Below are positions 43,444 to 58,850 of a stretch of DNA of 64,000 nucleotides, piece by piece. Within the stretch, counting starts at the first letter, position 1; each line of letters opens with the position of its first letter. The notes below the pieces were generated by a model. It saw only the letters and a program-made list of their open reading frames with translations, made no database searches and had not been told where the DNA came from. Origin of the DNA: the human T2T-CHM13v2.0 reference genome, Homo sapiens; the NCBI RefSeq assembly GCF_009914755.1, contig NC_060929.1; one strand, written 5' to 3'. Made by a program: the position numbers and the translations under genes.

Positions 43444-45261
43444 TTGCCAATTTCTGCCTTGATTTTGATTATTGAATAACTACTTGAAGATTTAATTTTA
43501 CATTGGTATTGGGGTTTTCTAGATCTCTAAAAACAAGCATGGTGACATGTATGTGTGTGTATAAGTGAGTGTTTTTGTCAGAGCAATTTGAAGAGGCCTG
43601 GGTGTAGAGCTGGGTGTAATGTGGGCCAAAGGCAAAGTTTATTTAGTTTTTTTTTTATCAAAGCAACAATAGAAAATCATTTTAATTCAAACATTCATTA
43701 TCAAAACCACCTGATCTCTTCTGAGGTTTTGCTACGTTGATATTTTCTAAGTTATCAGGCTCATCATCTAAATATCCATTTGTTAAAGGAGATTTTTATC
43801 TCTTTACCCAACCTCTGTAACAGAATTTGACACTCTTTAAATTCATATGCTATGTAGGTTGGTATTCCATTGAAAAGCCATTTAGCTCTACAACGTAATG
43901 AAACAGGAATACTATCTCATGCAGATAATTATAATAATAATTTCTACTCCTTTAAGAAAAATAAGTGTTCAAACACCACAGTAAGGTACTTACCACATAC
44001 AATCTTGTGGTCCAGGTTACATTTTGGCCTTGTCTTCCTAAACACAATGGGCAAGTTTCACAGCCTTTCTGCATCCAGGACCTCTGTCTTACCTTGGCTA
44101 ATTCACTATCACAATTTCAGATATCTCTCTGTAGAGAAAAATGCAAACCAATCCAAGGTGCTGTGTCATGAATTTTATAGCAACAATAAACAATTCTTAC
44201 AAATAAATATCACAAGTGAATTTGGATAATGAAAATGCATTTGAAATAATTGATTTGAGCACTTGTACAGCTCAATTCTGACATTCCCAATCTTATCTTC
44301 ATTTTGTTTTTAAGGAGATTTCCATTCCTTGACATGTTTATTATTTTGAAACTAAGCCAGTGTTTTCAAAGCATTTTCATGCCAAGGATTCTAAACTAAG
44401 CAAATAAATATTATGCTACTTGAAACATTCTTAGCTTTACTTAGAAAACTAGCATACTGACATGTAAGCAATTGTTCACACACTGAATCTCTCATTAAAA
44501 ACCTGCCATGTTAGTTAATAAATTTAAAACAACACTTTCAAGTCTGTCAATAGAATGAACAATCTCAATTTGTGAATCTCCAACCTTCACAAGGTGAAGG
44601 TTTTCACTACCGTCTACATGATCTCATATGCAGATTGACCTTCGGTTGCCAAATTTTGAGAACTGGGGTTCGATTTTATTAAGAGTTTAGCTAGGAGTAA
44701 TGTTCAAAATACTTAACCAAAATATAGTAGAGGCACAAACCATCTTAGAGGACATTGACTGCAGGATTGGAATCTGCTTCTGGCCCCCAGTTATATCAGA
44801 CATCATCTCTTCATCTGCTAGATTTTGAGAGGTATAGGGGTAGTCAGGACAAGATCATTTAGAGGTATAAGTTAGCAGTTATTTATCAGCTGACATGAAA
44901 ATATTACAATACTTGCACTGTCAGTGAACTGGGATGCACTAACTAAATATCAAATCAAATTGCATTTGTTCTCTTGTGTCTTCATGGATTAACTAGCATT
45001 AATTATAAAACTCAGTCCCTTCAAAGGACTGTGAAGGGAAATCAACAACAACCAGCATATTGTACTTTTACTGAAGATTTGTAACTCACAAGGAGGGATA
45101 GCATATCTTAGCACATAATACTTTATTTAAAAAATATTCATAGGACTCTTCCCAGGGGCTCTCCAATCTGCTTCCGGTGAACAAATCTTTCCTAATTCTC
45201 ACTGCTATGTTCCACTTGACTTCAAAGGTAGCAGAAGGAATTCTCTTTTTTTCTGAATATT

Positions 45262-45445
45262 CTCCTTCCTTAGCACTATTGGCATGTTAGATTGGCAATA
45301 CTTTGTTAAGGAGGAAAGGAAAGGATTTAGCAGAATCCCTGGCCTTGTCCTACTAGTTCCTAGTAGTAACCTCTCCTGCCATCCCAAGCTGTGACAACTA
45401 AAACTATCTTCAGACATTGCCAAATACTCCCTGTAGGGCAAAAAC
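45262..45445 (-). mobile_element. MER20 hAT-Charlie element
   Basis: TTTAGCAGAATCCCTGGCC...TGTGACAACTAAAACTATCTTCAGACATTGCCAAAT..CCCTGTAGGGCAAAA. Confidence 0.8.
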
Positions 45446-46155
45446 TGTTGTTCTTATAGAAAGAAACTTCTCTAAACCTATTACTTATTTTTTAGTTAGA
45501 CCAATTTAAAAGCTCTATTCAAGTGTCTTTAAACTTTCACGCAAATATCCTGGACTAGCTCAGAAAACAAAGGACACACGGTCCTAAAAAGGTAGTGAAG
45601 GGATTCTATTTTGCCATTATTTTTGGTCAAAGGGTTTCCTTATAACTACACAAAAACCTTGAATCTGATAGGTGTTCAATAACACTATTAATTCATAATT
45701 ACAGGTAGCTTATGTTTCATGTATTCACAAGGTTGAAAAGGCTTTCAAAGGTTGAACACAACATATTGTGGTGTATATATAGTGTTTGTCCTGACAAGGT
45801 CTAAGTTATAATCAATCTTATACTTCATACTTTACTCTAGAATATTTATTCTTGGTTTGTAAACTCCTCAGGAATGAGAGAAGTTAGGTGATAAGCATGC
45901 CATTTGAGGGCTGCTCTTAGCCTATCTGCTTAATTTGGATATTCTTACTTCCTTGTTTAATAACCTTTTTACCGTTATTGATCTGTTACATATATGTCAT
46001 ATGTAAGTGCCATTAATTGTATATATTTTCCAGCTAAGTTTGGATCACTATAAGAAATTTGTCTTAAACCATGGTTGTACTTTTGTATAGTAAATTATCT
46101 TTGCGTTGCATTATGATTTGCTTCAGTAATTTTAGCCAAATCAGGTTTACTTTCC

Positions 46156-46183
46156 AAAAAAAAAAAAAAAAAAAAAAAAAAAA
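46156..46183 (+). repeat. (A)28 homopolymer
   Basis: Read directly from the sequence. Confidence 0.95.
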
Positions 46184-49119
46184 CCATCCAGTGGGACACT
46201 TATAAAGTGGGTAAAATTTGGGTTTGGTTTCCTGGGCCTCTAACAAACAATCACCGAAATTAGAATGTATAGAGATTACATGATTTGTGTATGATTCCAT
46301 GATTAACTGAGCTATCAGAAAAATTGTTTTAACAATTATCCACAGACTTTGCCTTTATAAAGTACCTCAATGTCTTTTACCTCCTGTAAGTTTTATAAAT
46401 TTGATTATATTTCACAGTAAGTAAATCTATGAAAGTTTGAGATGTATATCAGGCTTTAATACTCACAAGTATTTCAATATTATATATTGAAATGGTAAAT
46501 AGAAATCTAGTTTCTGGAAAAAGCACAGAAATAAAAATTATGAAATTTCTAGCCAAAATCATGTATTAATTTTAATAGTTCATTAACATATGGCAAAAAT
46601 GTTTGATACCAGAAAAAACATAATTTCACTAATAAAATACCAGCTACTTAAAATTATATGTAAAACTGCTGCTTTCAATTTTCATGGCAATGTCAGGATA
46701 AAAATCAACCTGAAAACCATACCAAAAACTACTCTGGAATGGTTTACTATTTCATACTTTATTTTTCTCTACATAAATATGGATGTATTTTCAGCCATTA
46801 ATTTTTGTGAAACTGGGCCTATCCAATAAAAACTCTCTAGAACTATTCCTTGACACAATTATATCTCTTACCACAAACTCAATTAAACATGTATAATTTT
46901 GATAAGATTCTTTTTCCCCAGGTTACTACATAGAATAGAATTGAAAGCACTTATATTAATTCTATAGACGCATCACCAGTTATATCGCTTCTTCTGGTAT
47001 GTTTTTACCTCTTGATTTTTCTTTTCTCTTGGCAAAACTAAAAGATAAATGTGTTTAATTCAAACCAAACCCTTTTTAATGTATATTCTTCCCCTATGGA
47101 AAATTCTAATTGGGAAGATATAGTGGAAATAACACTAATGAGAAGTGTTTATAAAATCTAAATACAAAAAATGCTGATGACAATACAGCCAAATATTCCA
47201 CAAGGAACAAAAGCTGATTTTGATAAACAAGCACAAAGAAACGTATTATAACAAATGTGAGTTTAATTTCATAATTTCTTTCAGATTTGCCTTTGCTTTT
47301 GGCTAGCTATATCGCCCATTAAAGATTATTTTTGTCTTTTAACTGCTGCTTTATTTTACACAAACTAGGGAAATATCGTCCCCTACTGTCCAATTCTGAT
47401 AAGGTGTTTATAAGGAAACTTTTTGTTTCAATCTATCAAATTGTGGCTGTACCTGAGAACTCTTTGTAGATGATGGATCACAAAGACTGAAGTTCTTTCC
47501 TGTAATATTCATCACAGTCATTAAACTATTTTCAATTGCTTCAGTTGAATTATTTTCTAAAAGAGCTAATTGCTGACATATTTGAATAAACTATAAAACT
47601 TAGAAAGAATGTATGTTATTTTACCAATCCTTCTTAGTGTGAAGGAATACTACATTTATTCAGTAAAAAAGTGCATTCCTCCATTTAAAATGTAAATAAC
47701 TATTTTATGTTCCCATCCATGACTACTTTACAAAATTATATGCTTTAAAAACTATGTTTTCTCTTAACAAAGCTTGTCACTCAATTATTATTTTGTCATG
47801 CATTAGAGAACAATATTTTATTTAGAATTAGAAATGTATAATTTATTTATAAAATAAGAAACTCATTCATTCCAGGTGACTGCAATTGACACATTTTTTA
47901 AAAAGAAGAGAATTTTCAAAAATATGCACCTATATGTTTAAAATACATTTATCTTCATTTCAATCCTTATTTGGATGTGATAATTATGCACTTTGGGCGG
48001 TAGACTTATAGCTATCCATATGGATTTTATACTTGTAACCTAAAGATAAATATATAAGGCAATTATATCTGTTTAAATTTAGATTAAATTCAAAAATTAA
48101 CAAAGAAATACCACCTACTAATGGTTAAGGGGTTTGACCTGTTCCACTTACTTAATTACTACATTTCTTTGTCACCAGACTTTGTTACACTCAGCTGCAA
48201 GAAAGAGAACACATTTTGAACTGATTTATTTTTAAGCAAAATACCTTTAAAAATCAAGGATAATGTGTTATTTACTTCAGCTTTCGATCAACCTAAAGGG
48301 CAATAAATCCCTATTACTTTACCTCAAAATTGACAATTGACATCTCAGTCATTATCAAAACTCTGAAGATATATGGCTACAAGTAGCAGTGACAAAAAAC
48401 CAAGATCCAATGTTGTGAGTGTCAGTTTATAATGTCTTTTGTTCCCACAGGTAGAATATTAAGGATTCAATTGAGAGCACTGTGGAAATCTAGACTAATA
48501 GTGTTGTTGCATGAAAAAAAGAAAGCAATCTCTATAAGAAGAGAGATAATAGTTAAATGGGTGAAATAATTGATAGATGCACCAACGCAAACCTCACCGA
48601 GTGGTTACCTATCTAATTTTCCCTGTTGTTATATGTTCCACAAAGATCAATGTAGATGTGGCCTGGGGAATCTGTCACTAATACTATGGGGCTCGAATCC
48701 AGGACAGTGTTGGATGATGTGCTTAGCCCCTTAAGAACAATATTCCAAACATCAATCCTGTTCTCCATGCTGCCACCTCTCTGTTTGGGGCTAAGCCATT
48801 GTTTATTCTCTGCTGAATGTAACATCTGTATGTTGAAAAAACAATTCATCAGTTTTAGAGCATATATTACAGTACTTCAGAGCATGTGCTTTAAAAAAAA
48901 TGCGTAGAAGGATGTTCATGGGAGCGTTACAGTTAATGAACAAACTGAAATAGCCTGCGGTTCATCCAAAGGGGAATAGGGGAACTGGTTAGATAAATCC
49001 TGGAAAACACATGAAATGAATTACATAGGCAATTCCTAATGGGAGGTTCTGATTTTGCATGAATTATTTGTTTAGTATGTAATTTTCAATTAAAAAATCA
49101 GATTTGAGAATATAGTTAG

Positions 49120-49752
<633 letters not shown>

Positions 49753-49815
49753 TAATAATTCTGAAGTCTTACCCAAATTCTACATTACACTTTATTTTAA
49801 AAACTGTAGATAGAC

Positions 49816-50130
49816 TTTTTCCAGCTTTACTGAGGTATGATTAACAAATAAAAATTATGCATATTTAAAGTGTACAATGTGATGATTTAATATACATCTG
49901 CATTGTCAAATGATTACCAAAATCAAGCTAATTAGTATATACATCACCTTATGTAGTTACCTTTTGTGTGTATGTGAGTGATAAAAACACAATCTACTGT
50001 CTTAGCAAATCGCAAGTATACAATGCATTATTATTAGTTATAGTCACCATACTGTAAATTATATTTCCAGAATTTATTCATCTTATTACTTAAAGTTTGT
50101 ACCTTTTGATCAACAACTCCCCATTTCCAA
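49816..50130 (-). mobile_element. L1MA-type 3' end
   Basis: CCAGCTTTACTGAGGTATGATTAACAAATAAAAATT...CAGAATTTATTCATCTTAT...GTACCTTTTGATCAAC. Confidence 0.8.
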
Positions 50131-51019
50131 AATCCTGACTGTTGAATTACAGTCAATTTCCAAAATATAAGAAAAAATTTAGACCAAGATTCTTGGAAAA
50201 GCATCTTACTTTAGTATTAGCAAAGGCTTAATAATACATCTTTCAACACAGACTCCTCTTTCCCTCAGAGCCAGTTTATTCTTAGAATGAGTCAAGTCAG
50301 AGAAATGAGTGTATACAATGGAGAATTTTGAGGCTTAGCCTGCCACTTTGTTATTTAAAGTAAGCTAAATTCCAATAAATTATTGTCAAGTTCAAAAAGA
50401 ACTGTATTTACTCCTTTGTGACCCTTAGTCAAACTGTGTATAATGCTGTTTCCTGTACAAGAACCACCTGCACAGATAAGTCTTGATATATGTTCATGAT
50501 CTTTTGGCAAAATATAATTCAACTTGATTTTCAAAGCCCTGTTATATTTTCCTCATCTTATAGATAGGGACTATGTTTGCAACACTGTTCAAACTAAAGG
50601 CCTAAACAAGATTATAGCAAGAGACATATTCTCTGTTTGTGAAAGGTATATTTACATCTAGTCAACTATATATATTTTAACAAATGTAATTATCTTTCTC
50701 ATAAAAGTAAAGGCTATAAATAGATACAATAACACTAAATCAATATTTATTATCAAATGATCATCTTTACAGCCAGTTTGTTTTACACAAATATATTATT
50801 CTTTGGCCACAGACTTTGGCCCAAGTAAAATATTTTACCTTTGTAGGCCTTTTATTACCTAAGCGCCCAAGAGAGTGTTAATATTTTATCAAAGCTTATT
50901 ATCATAACTTTTAAAAAGAACAGAAATTCTTCTGTATCATTCTCTGCATAGTTCTCTATGATATATATGAGGCTTCCAACCTCTTCAACCTCATCTAGTG
51001 TGTCCATCTCTTCAACATA

Positions 51020-51376
51020 TCATCAAACAATCCTTTGAGGCTTCGTGTTAACACCCGCCGTTCCCTCTGTTCAGTGTCCTTGCCAAGCTCTTCACTTAGC
51101 TGGCCTCTACTATTCTTTCAAATAAAGGATATTCCTTCCCTGAGGCTGACCCATGCCAAGTAAACTCTTGCCACCTGCGAGTACTTTCTTTCAAAACTCT
51201 ATTACCACAACACCCTGTTTGCTTTGTATCACTCTCCAAAATCTTTAATTTGCTCATTTATCATATTATTTTCTTATTTATTACGTGTCTCCTTCACTTG
51301 AATGGAAGCTCTCCATTGTATGTCTGGATTCTATCATGATGTCTGGCAATCAGTGGCTACTCAATAAATGAAAGAA
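51020..51376 (+). mobile_element. L2 3' end
   Basis: Ends GTCTGGCAATCAGTGGCTACTCAATAAATGAAAGAA. Confidence 0.6.
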
Positions 51377-52724
51377 ACAAATTGCACACTGTATTTAACA
51401 GAGAGAAACAGAAAATGGACATATAAGACAATTACATCTAGTAATTCCCTTGAGTACTTTTTGTAACCAAAGGAGTCTGGAAGGGCAGTGTGGGGGCAGC
51501 GAAGAGAACATTTTTAAGCCTTTCATGCAGGTGAAAGGACATGGGCACTGTTACCATGAACATGAGAGCCAGAGTAAACTGATAGACACTCAGCTGGATC
51601 CAGAAGTGTGAATGAGACAGGAATAGAGTGTGAGCTAGAATGACCTGGTGTTGATGATCTGGAAAGATATTGTAAGGGAATGATTTGAAATTCTGTATTT
51701 GAATTGGGCTTAAAGAAGTTTATGGCAGAGGCAGAAGATATGACTGAGGACTTAAAGTAAAAATAACATTTCTAAGTGAAAACATATGATCTGTTTAGAC
51801 AAAGTTTCAATTTAATTAATATTTAGATTGGGCTACCAACCTGAAAGAAATCCACAGGATTAGTTTTCAGAAATGGTAGACTATGGGTTTCAAAGTGGAC
51901 AGTTAGTCTCATTGTTACATGTGGTGACATTGATCATTGTGAAATCTCAGTAAAATCCTGACTTTATAAATAGTTCAGTAAAACTAGATAGAACCACAAC
52001 AAAGGAGGTAAGAGAAGAGGAAATAAGATAAGACTAATCAAGCCATCAAGATTTTCTCCTCAGTGGCACCCTTAGTGAATCACGCAATTGCAGACACTTA
52101 GCTCAGCTTCTTAGTTTGGCAAAGTTGTTGATGGCCTAGACTGATCCCCACAATGTAGAATAATAGTGACAATTTTGTACTTTTTTCCTTTTAAAATAGA
52201 GGATTTTCACCCATACTTGATTAGGGGAGGAAATTTGTTTTATTCTATAAAAGTACCAGCAAAACAGATGTAAACAGATTTAAAATTTCAAAACACAATT
52301 TTCTAGATTGTATCTTCACTTTGTAAAATGACTGTACCCTGTGATGAAATTATAAGCCCTTGCTTTCAATTTCTTCTACTTTGAAAATAGTTACTCAGAG
52401 CTCTGCCCAATCTGGAACATAAATACATGTATGGGTGTAAATTGTCCTTTTAATATGTGAAATTTCGTATTTCTTGTGTTTATTGACTTACTCATTCTTG
52501 ACTCTAATAAAATTTCACATGCATCTGTAGCCTTTATTCACATTTAAGGTTCCTACTGGTAATTCCTCCTAGAATTCTCTGAGAATGTTTGAAAAACTAA
52601 CAAATGACAAGAAATATTTTGCAAATAATCAGAAAATGGGTTTGTTACTTGTTACTATTATCTGTTTTTCTTTTCATATTTGTGTGACATCAAAACAAGC
52701 AGATACAACACGAATTCATTTATT

Positions 52725-52910
52725 TAATTGCTAGCTGGGAGCAAGTCATTGGATTCTGACTGACCTCTCTGTACCTCAGTATTCTCCTCTGTAAATTCAA
52801 AGAGTAGTATCTACTTAATAAGGTTCTTATGAGCATTAAATGATTTAATCTTTGTAAAGTATTTAGAATAGATCCTAACACATAGTAAGCATTCTGTAAA
52901 TATAACTTAT
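52725..52910 (+). mobile_element. MIR
   Basis: Core CCTCTCTGTACCTCAGTATTCTCCTCTGTAAA...GAGCATTAAATGATTTAAT. Confidence 0.8.
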
Positions 52911-53764
52911 TACATATTTATGAAGATTCATCTTAAAGAATGTTGAAAATTAATATGGCTCCTCTTTATATAATTTCTAAAGTTTCCATTTGCTTTGGCA
53001 TAGGGTTGAAATAAAGTAAGATTCACAGAAACTCGCTCAGGTCAACAATCAGATTTCAGTGCTATAGTTAAATTATAAATTGGCAGTATTTGGTGCCTTC
53101 TTGTTCTCTCTAAACATAATCAAGGATTTTTATTGTCATTTAGCATACTACTGAATATCAAACAGATTAGCTTTTGACCTAATCTATACACGGGAAATCT
53201 TCAGCTTTATGAAGGACTTCTAATGTGGTCCTATCGTCTTTTTCAGCCTGTTAATTGACAGAGGCTGTAAAGCAGTCCCCTTATATTGATATTTCTTTCT
53301 CTCAGACATGATTCAATGGAAGAGTTTTTCAATAATTCTTTCAAGTACTCATAATGCCCCTATCCTGGAAACTAAAAGAACTTTCCAAAAGACTTCTTAA
53401 ATCACATACAAAATAGCTTTATGCTTTTAGTTTTCTTTTAATTTCAACTAGTTACATAGTATTTTTCACACTCTGCTTTGATCTACAAAAGTGTATTTTT
53501 CATCTGGTAATGGACATAGATTGTCTTGTGGTATCCCCAAAAATCAGCGATGAGAAATGTCCAACTACATTTCTTTTTCTCATACTGTATCTTCATATTG
53601 ATATTCACTTTTCACAAAAATGTCCTCACTTGATTTTAGCCTGAAGAAAAAACTTAATTAAATTCATTCAGTGTTCTTTATATCCATCATAGAGTTAAAG
53701 AAGTGGATTCTTTCTTTCAATTAAAGTGCTGGCATTAGCACGAGAACTGCTACTACAACTACTT

Positions 53765-53995
53765 ACATGAACTAACATTTATCCATTGTTTATTAAATGT
53801 TAAGTATTTTATGTGTAGAAACTTACTGAATCCACATAACAATCCTTTAAGATATGGTTATTTTTGTACTTATTTTACATATGAGGAATTGAGACAAAGA
53901 ACTATTAGGTAACTTGCTCAGGATCACAAAGCAAGTAGGTAGAAAGTCAGAATTTGAATACAGAGCCCAGAATTTGAATACAGAGCACAGACTAT
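53765..53995 (-). mobile_element. MIR
   Basis: ATTTTACATATGAGGAATTGAGACAAAG...GGTAACTTGCTCAGGATCACA. Confidence 0.8.
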
Positions 53996-54621
53996 GATTC
54001 ACTTCACTGATTGAGTATTATAATACATATAATAACTGCAGAGGAAAGGTAACAATTTACTGAGCTAAGTGATTGATAGGTTGTCAGTTTCTCAACAGTG
54101 GAATATAAGACGGAAATATGATGCCAAAGTCAGGGTTATTCTTCCTGGAGCATACTATCCTCCCTCATGTATTTACTAATGTCCTTTTGAGATGTGCATT
54201 GTGTTTATGTTACATTAAATTATAGCAAATAAAAATATAAAAAATAATGATTTATGTATATGTAAATATTAAATTATTAGGAAGTTTAAAAAATCAAAAC
54301 ATTGCCCTCCTCCCCCCAAACTGATTCATGCTATCATGAATCAGTAGCATCTCACATAATTGTGCTTAAATTAATCAAGAGCATAGATTGATCGGAAGTT
54401 TTTCAGATAAAAATGTAGATGTTAACCAGCATTGTCTCAATCATAGACACCCATTTCCATACTGCTTTAAGAGTTTCCTCTAATCTAGTGTTATATCTAT
54501 TAATTGGCAGAGAGCACTCTAGTTTAGCTAAAATTTTCCTCCAAATTCTCAACATTCTTATTGTACATTAATCTGTTTACTTCATGAAAGCTAGAATTGA
54601 GATGTTTAAAATATTAGCATA

Positions 54622-55043
54622 TTTCACTTTTTAATATTTGTCATTATTGCAGGAGTAAAGTGGTATCTCATTGTGGTTTTAATTTGCATTTCCGTGATTA
54701 TTAGTGATGTTGGACATTTTTTTCATATGTTTGTATATCTTCTTTTGAGAAATATCTATTCATATTCGTTGCCCTGTTGTATGAGATTTTTTTTCTTGCT
54801 GATTTGTTTGAGTTCCTTGTAGATTCTGGCATACGGAGTGATATAATAGACTTTAGAGACTCATAGTGGGAGGCTGGAGGAGAGCTGGGGGGGAAACTAC
54901 ACATTAGGTACAATGTACACTACTTGGGTGACGGGTGCACTAAAATCTCAAAATTTACCACTGTGTAATTCACCCATGTAACAACAACAACAAAAAACAC
55001 TTCTATCCCAAGAATACTGAAATAAAAATTAATAAAATAAAAT
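54622..55043 (+). mobile_element. L1PB-type insertion with 5' inversion (antisense ORF2 piece 54622-54830, sense 3'UTR and tail 54828-55043)
   Basis: 14-bp TSD AAAATATTAG(C/T)ATA at 54608-54621 and 55044-55057. TT/AAAA endonuclease site on the left. Confidence 0.85.
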
Positions 55044-56272
55044 AAAATATTAGTATACCCAATTTAAAAGGTTACTGTGACACATTACACTGTATCCATA
55101 AAATTGACTGATGTCCTAAAATATAAAATAAGGAAAAATGGCAAGAATACAAAAGTTTGACTCTCGTGCACTGAGCACCATCTCATTCATATGTGGAACA
55201 GTCCTCTGCATTTACTTTTTGGAAATATTAACCCAACCTCCATAGTAGAAGTACAGAGAGAATTTCACCACAATACAGTAGTGCTACATATTTCAGAGCC
55301 AAGATTGAAAATTCTGAGTGAAATCACACTGTAAACAGAAATTCAGCAGCTTCTGATCACTTGCGGAGCTTCATATTCACAAAGAGATAAGAGATGCCAC
55401 TCCCGATCTACTGGTCTCTGAATGCTGCATTTCCCTGAAAGTAAGACTGTGAACATTATAGAAAGCTCTGTAAGAGATTATGATACATGGCCTGAATTGA
55501 GGTTTTATACTCTTGGTTCTAAAACATGGATTCTAGACAAAAGCCTGAATGCATCCGAGTTAATGTATCTTTATAGTTTTGTGTTCCACTAGCTTACAGT
55601 ACTCATGAAGTTGTTTGTTTCACGATAGATCTGCTGCCTTCAATTTGGATTCATTATGCCGGATATGAAGTGGTGTCTTGGTTATATTCTCATTGTCCAA
55701 ACAGACTTTCAATAGCAAGTCTCACGTAACGACCTCTGCATCATTTCACTTCTGAGAAGATCTTACTTCTCCAGGGTTTGAATTTGAGAAAAAGCAATGC
55801 CTTTAATAAACGTATAAACTCAAAAATAGGTGAAAAAGTCTTTTGTATGTCTGAAATAACTCTCAATAAGCCTCTGCTTTAATGTTTTCTACTTCAATCC
55901 TAAAATTTATACTCAGTTCCTTTTTTGACTCATATTTTAACTAGCTCTTTTAAAATCTTGGTTATCTTGTTTCCTTGACAACAGCAGATGAGAGGCAGTA
56001 ATTTAAGGGGTGGGAAGAAAGGTTGGTTAATGTTAAAGAAACTAAGAGAAGAGGTGGAATTTGAAATGCAGAAGAATGATACTCTCATTTTGAGGGATGA
56101 AGCAGAAAAAAACTAAAAGTAAACATCAACTCTAATAATATACAGTATAATACTTATGCTCATAATGACTCCAAGTCAACAAGAAAAGGTTAAATTAACT
56201 TTAGAATTGTCCATAAAGAAAGTCATGAAATTAAACAATAATTCTGGAAAGAGCTCTTAAAAATAATCTTTT

Positions 56273-56620
<348 letters not shown>

Positions 56621-56724
56621 TTAGTGCAACAAGCAGTTCTCATATGTAGAAATGTTTATGCATTAATAGAATAGATTAATGAAGTATTTTACTTAAATAT
56701 TTTATACCTTAATAATAATTCTCT

Positions 56725-57120
56725 AATTCAATCACTTAGTTCTTTCACAGACATTTATTGAGCATTACCATGTGTCCAACTTTGACTTCTATTTTGAGCT
56801 ATGCCAAGGTGAACACAATCTCTTAAAGAAGTAAGATATTAACCAGGAAATACAAATGGAGTAACACTACTACTGTAGTAAGTGGCATCCAAGAGAGTAT
56901 ATCGTATTCTGAGCATTTGATAAGGAATGTCAGCTGCATTAGGAAAGTAGAAAATAATTTGTACAGATACCTAGAAACTAACTATGCATGATGATAGGAA
57001 TGAAGGGGAAGATTTGGAAGAATGAGTAGGGAGAAGGGACAGAGAGGAACATGTCAGCTAATCCAAGGACCTGTGGTCAGAGGGCACAGGGCAACCAGGA
57101 AGAGACCTCAACAAGAGTTG
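56725..57120 (-). mobile_element. L2 3' fragment
   Basis: ATTCAATCAC...ACATTTATTGAGCATTACCATGTG start. Confidence 0.55.
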
Positions 57121-58850
57121 AATTGTACACACATGCTACCAATAGGATACACACTTTATCAGCAGCTAATAAATGTTCAAAGCACTAAATTGAGTTCTAG
57201 ATTACCCCCAGCAACTGAACAACCTTGAGATTTTCATTTTTTTGTGTGAAGAGAACACTTTAAATCTAAGTAAGTGCAAATCTTGAACAGAAATTAGTTT
57301 TTAATTCTGTGAGTTAGAACCATATCTTAACAGTTTAGCACTATAAATCAAATAGCCTAGATGATGTTGCCTACTGTATGACTTAAGCCCCTCAAACTCA
57401 AAATGTCTAAAACTGAATTGTCAGTATATACCATAAAAGTATTACCCACTCTGCTTTTCTTTCTCAGTAAATGGTACTGCCGTTTATCTAGTTTACTCAA
57501 GCCAGAAATGTAGCTATTACTTATATAAGTCTCTAAGAAATGCATGGAATAATCCTATAAAGGTAGTTTTTGTATGTTGTGCCATAGGCATCTCATTTGT
57601 AAAAGAAATGTTAAAGAAAGTGCTGGCAAATGATAGTTAAAGGAATAGGTAAGTATAATACTTTAAAAACCATAAAACAGTGATGTATCTCAGGGTCCCA
57701 ATCTTAACTCATATCACAAGTTAACGAACAAAAAAAAGTATTTATTTTTATACATACTTCCATGTTCTTTACAGGTCATGGTTAAAGTGGAGGAAAGAAC
57801 CACAGGTTTAATTCAGATTGAAATTGTCTCATCTGAAAAATTAAATACTGCCTTTAATTTTTGCTTATTCTCTCGAGAAAAAATATCTATAACCATCTCA
57901 GATTTCAAAATCTTTTCTTCTTTTCCCTCCTATATGAGAGAAAGATTGTAGTCTCCTGGTTCCTAGTGTGGATGGATGAAACCTATTCTTTATCTGAGTG
58001 TTGTCTGTCTGTTGGTTTGCTGTAAGTCTGTTTTGGGTATGTATCAAGGGTGTGTCTCTCTAGACTGTGTTCAACACAATGCAATGCCCCTGTGGAAGCT
58101 TCTCACATTGGTCCTCATTGACGACTAAGATAGTTCTTGGGTCTCTTTCGACTCATTTTGGCCCCAGCTTAGAGGGCATAGTCCACAGATTTTACTCCCA
58201 CTGCTGTGCCTCCTCTGGCAAGATGTGCAGACAGACTCTCAGCCACTTCTAAGCCCTGACCTGGCAATCCCTAGGGCTTGAGGGGGATGAGGAATCCCCT
58301 CAATATTGCTCAATATTGATAAACTAAGGCATCTTACTGTCTGTACATGTAACTCCCCATTTTCTGGGCCTTCTCCCAGAGTCTCCAGTAGAGAACAAAA
58401 GCAAGTCCCAATTTGTCAGTGTTATTATCACTTATCTGATTTATCTTCCAGTCTTGTAAGCATACTTGAAATCCAACTAAATCTCCCTCATATATATATT
58501 TTCTCTTTCCTGCTATATCCCAGAGCAAGAATGAGATGGGCTTTTGTCTTAGTGATACTTCCTCTCTGATTTATCCTGTTTATTTCCAATTGCAATACCA
58601 CAGTGAAATCAAAATAGACAACAGGACTAATTTTCTCTACACTGCTGGAGAATTCCGGGAGTGCATTCTCAAGACTTAAACTTCAATATGCTAAAGGAAA
58701 AGAAAACAGAACCTAGAATACCTCTCAATATTTTGGCCTGGCTTATAAGAATTCTGTCTTGCTGCATAAGTCTATTTTGTATGCCAGGGGTTGAAAATAC
58801 ATTTTTCTTATTCCTTGTATTTCTTCTGTAACAAAATTATATTTTAATTC

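Noticed and set aside
48596-48800. tRNA-like A box (CCGAGTGGTTA), B box (GGCTCGAATCC) and a 10-bp inverted repeat GCTTAGCCCC/GGGGCTAAGC
   Set aside because: No cloverleaf forms, the box spacing is long and the B box is mismatched, so chance is the likely explanation.
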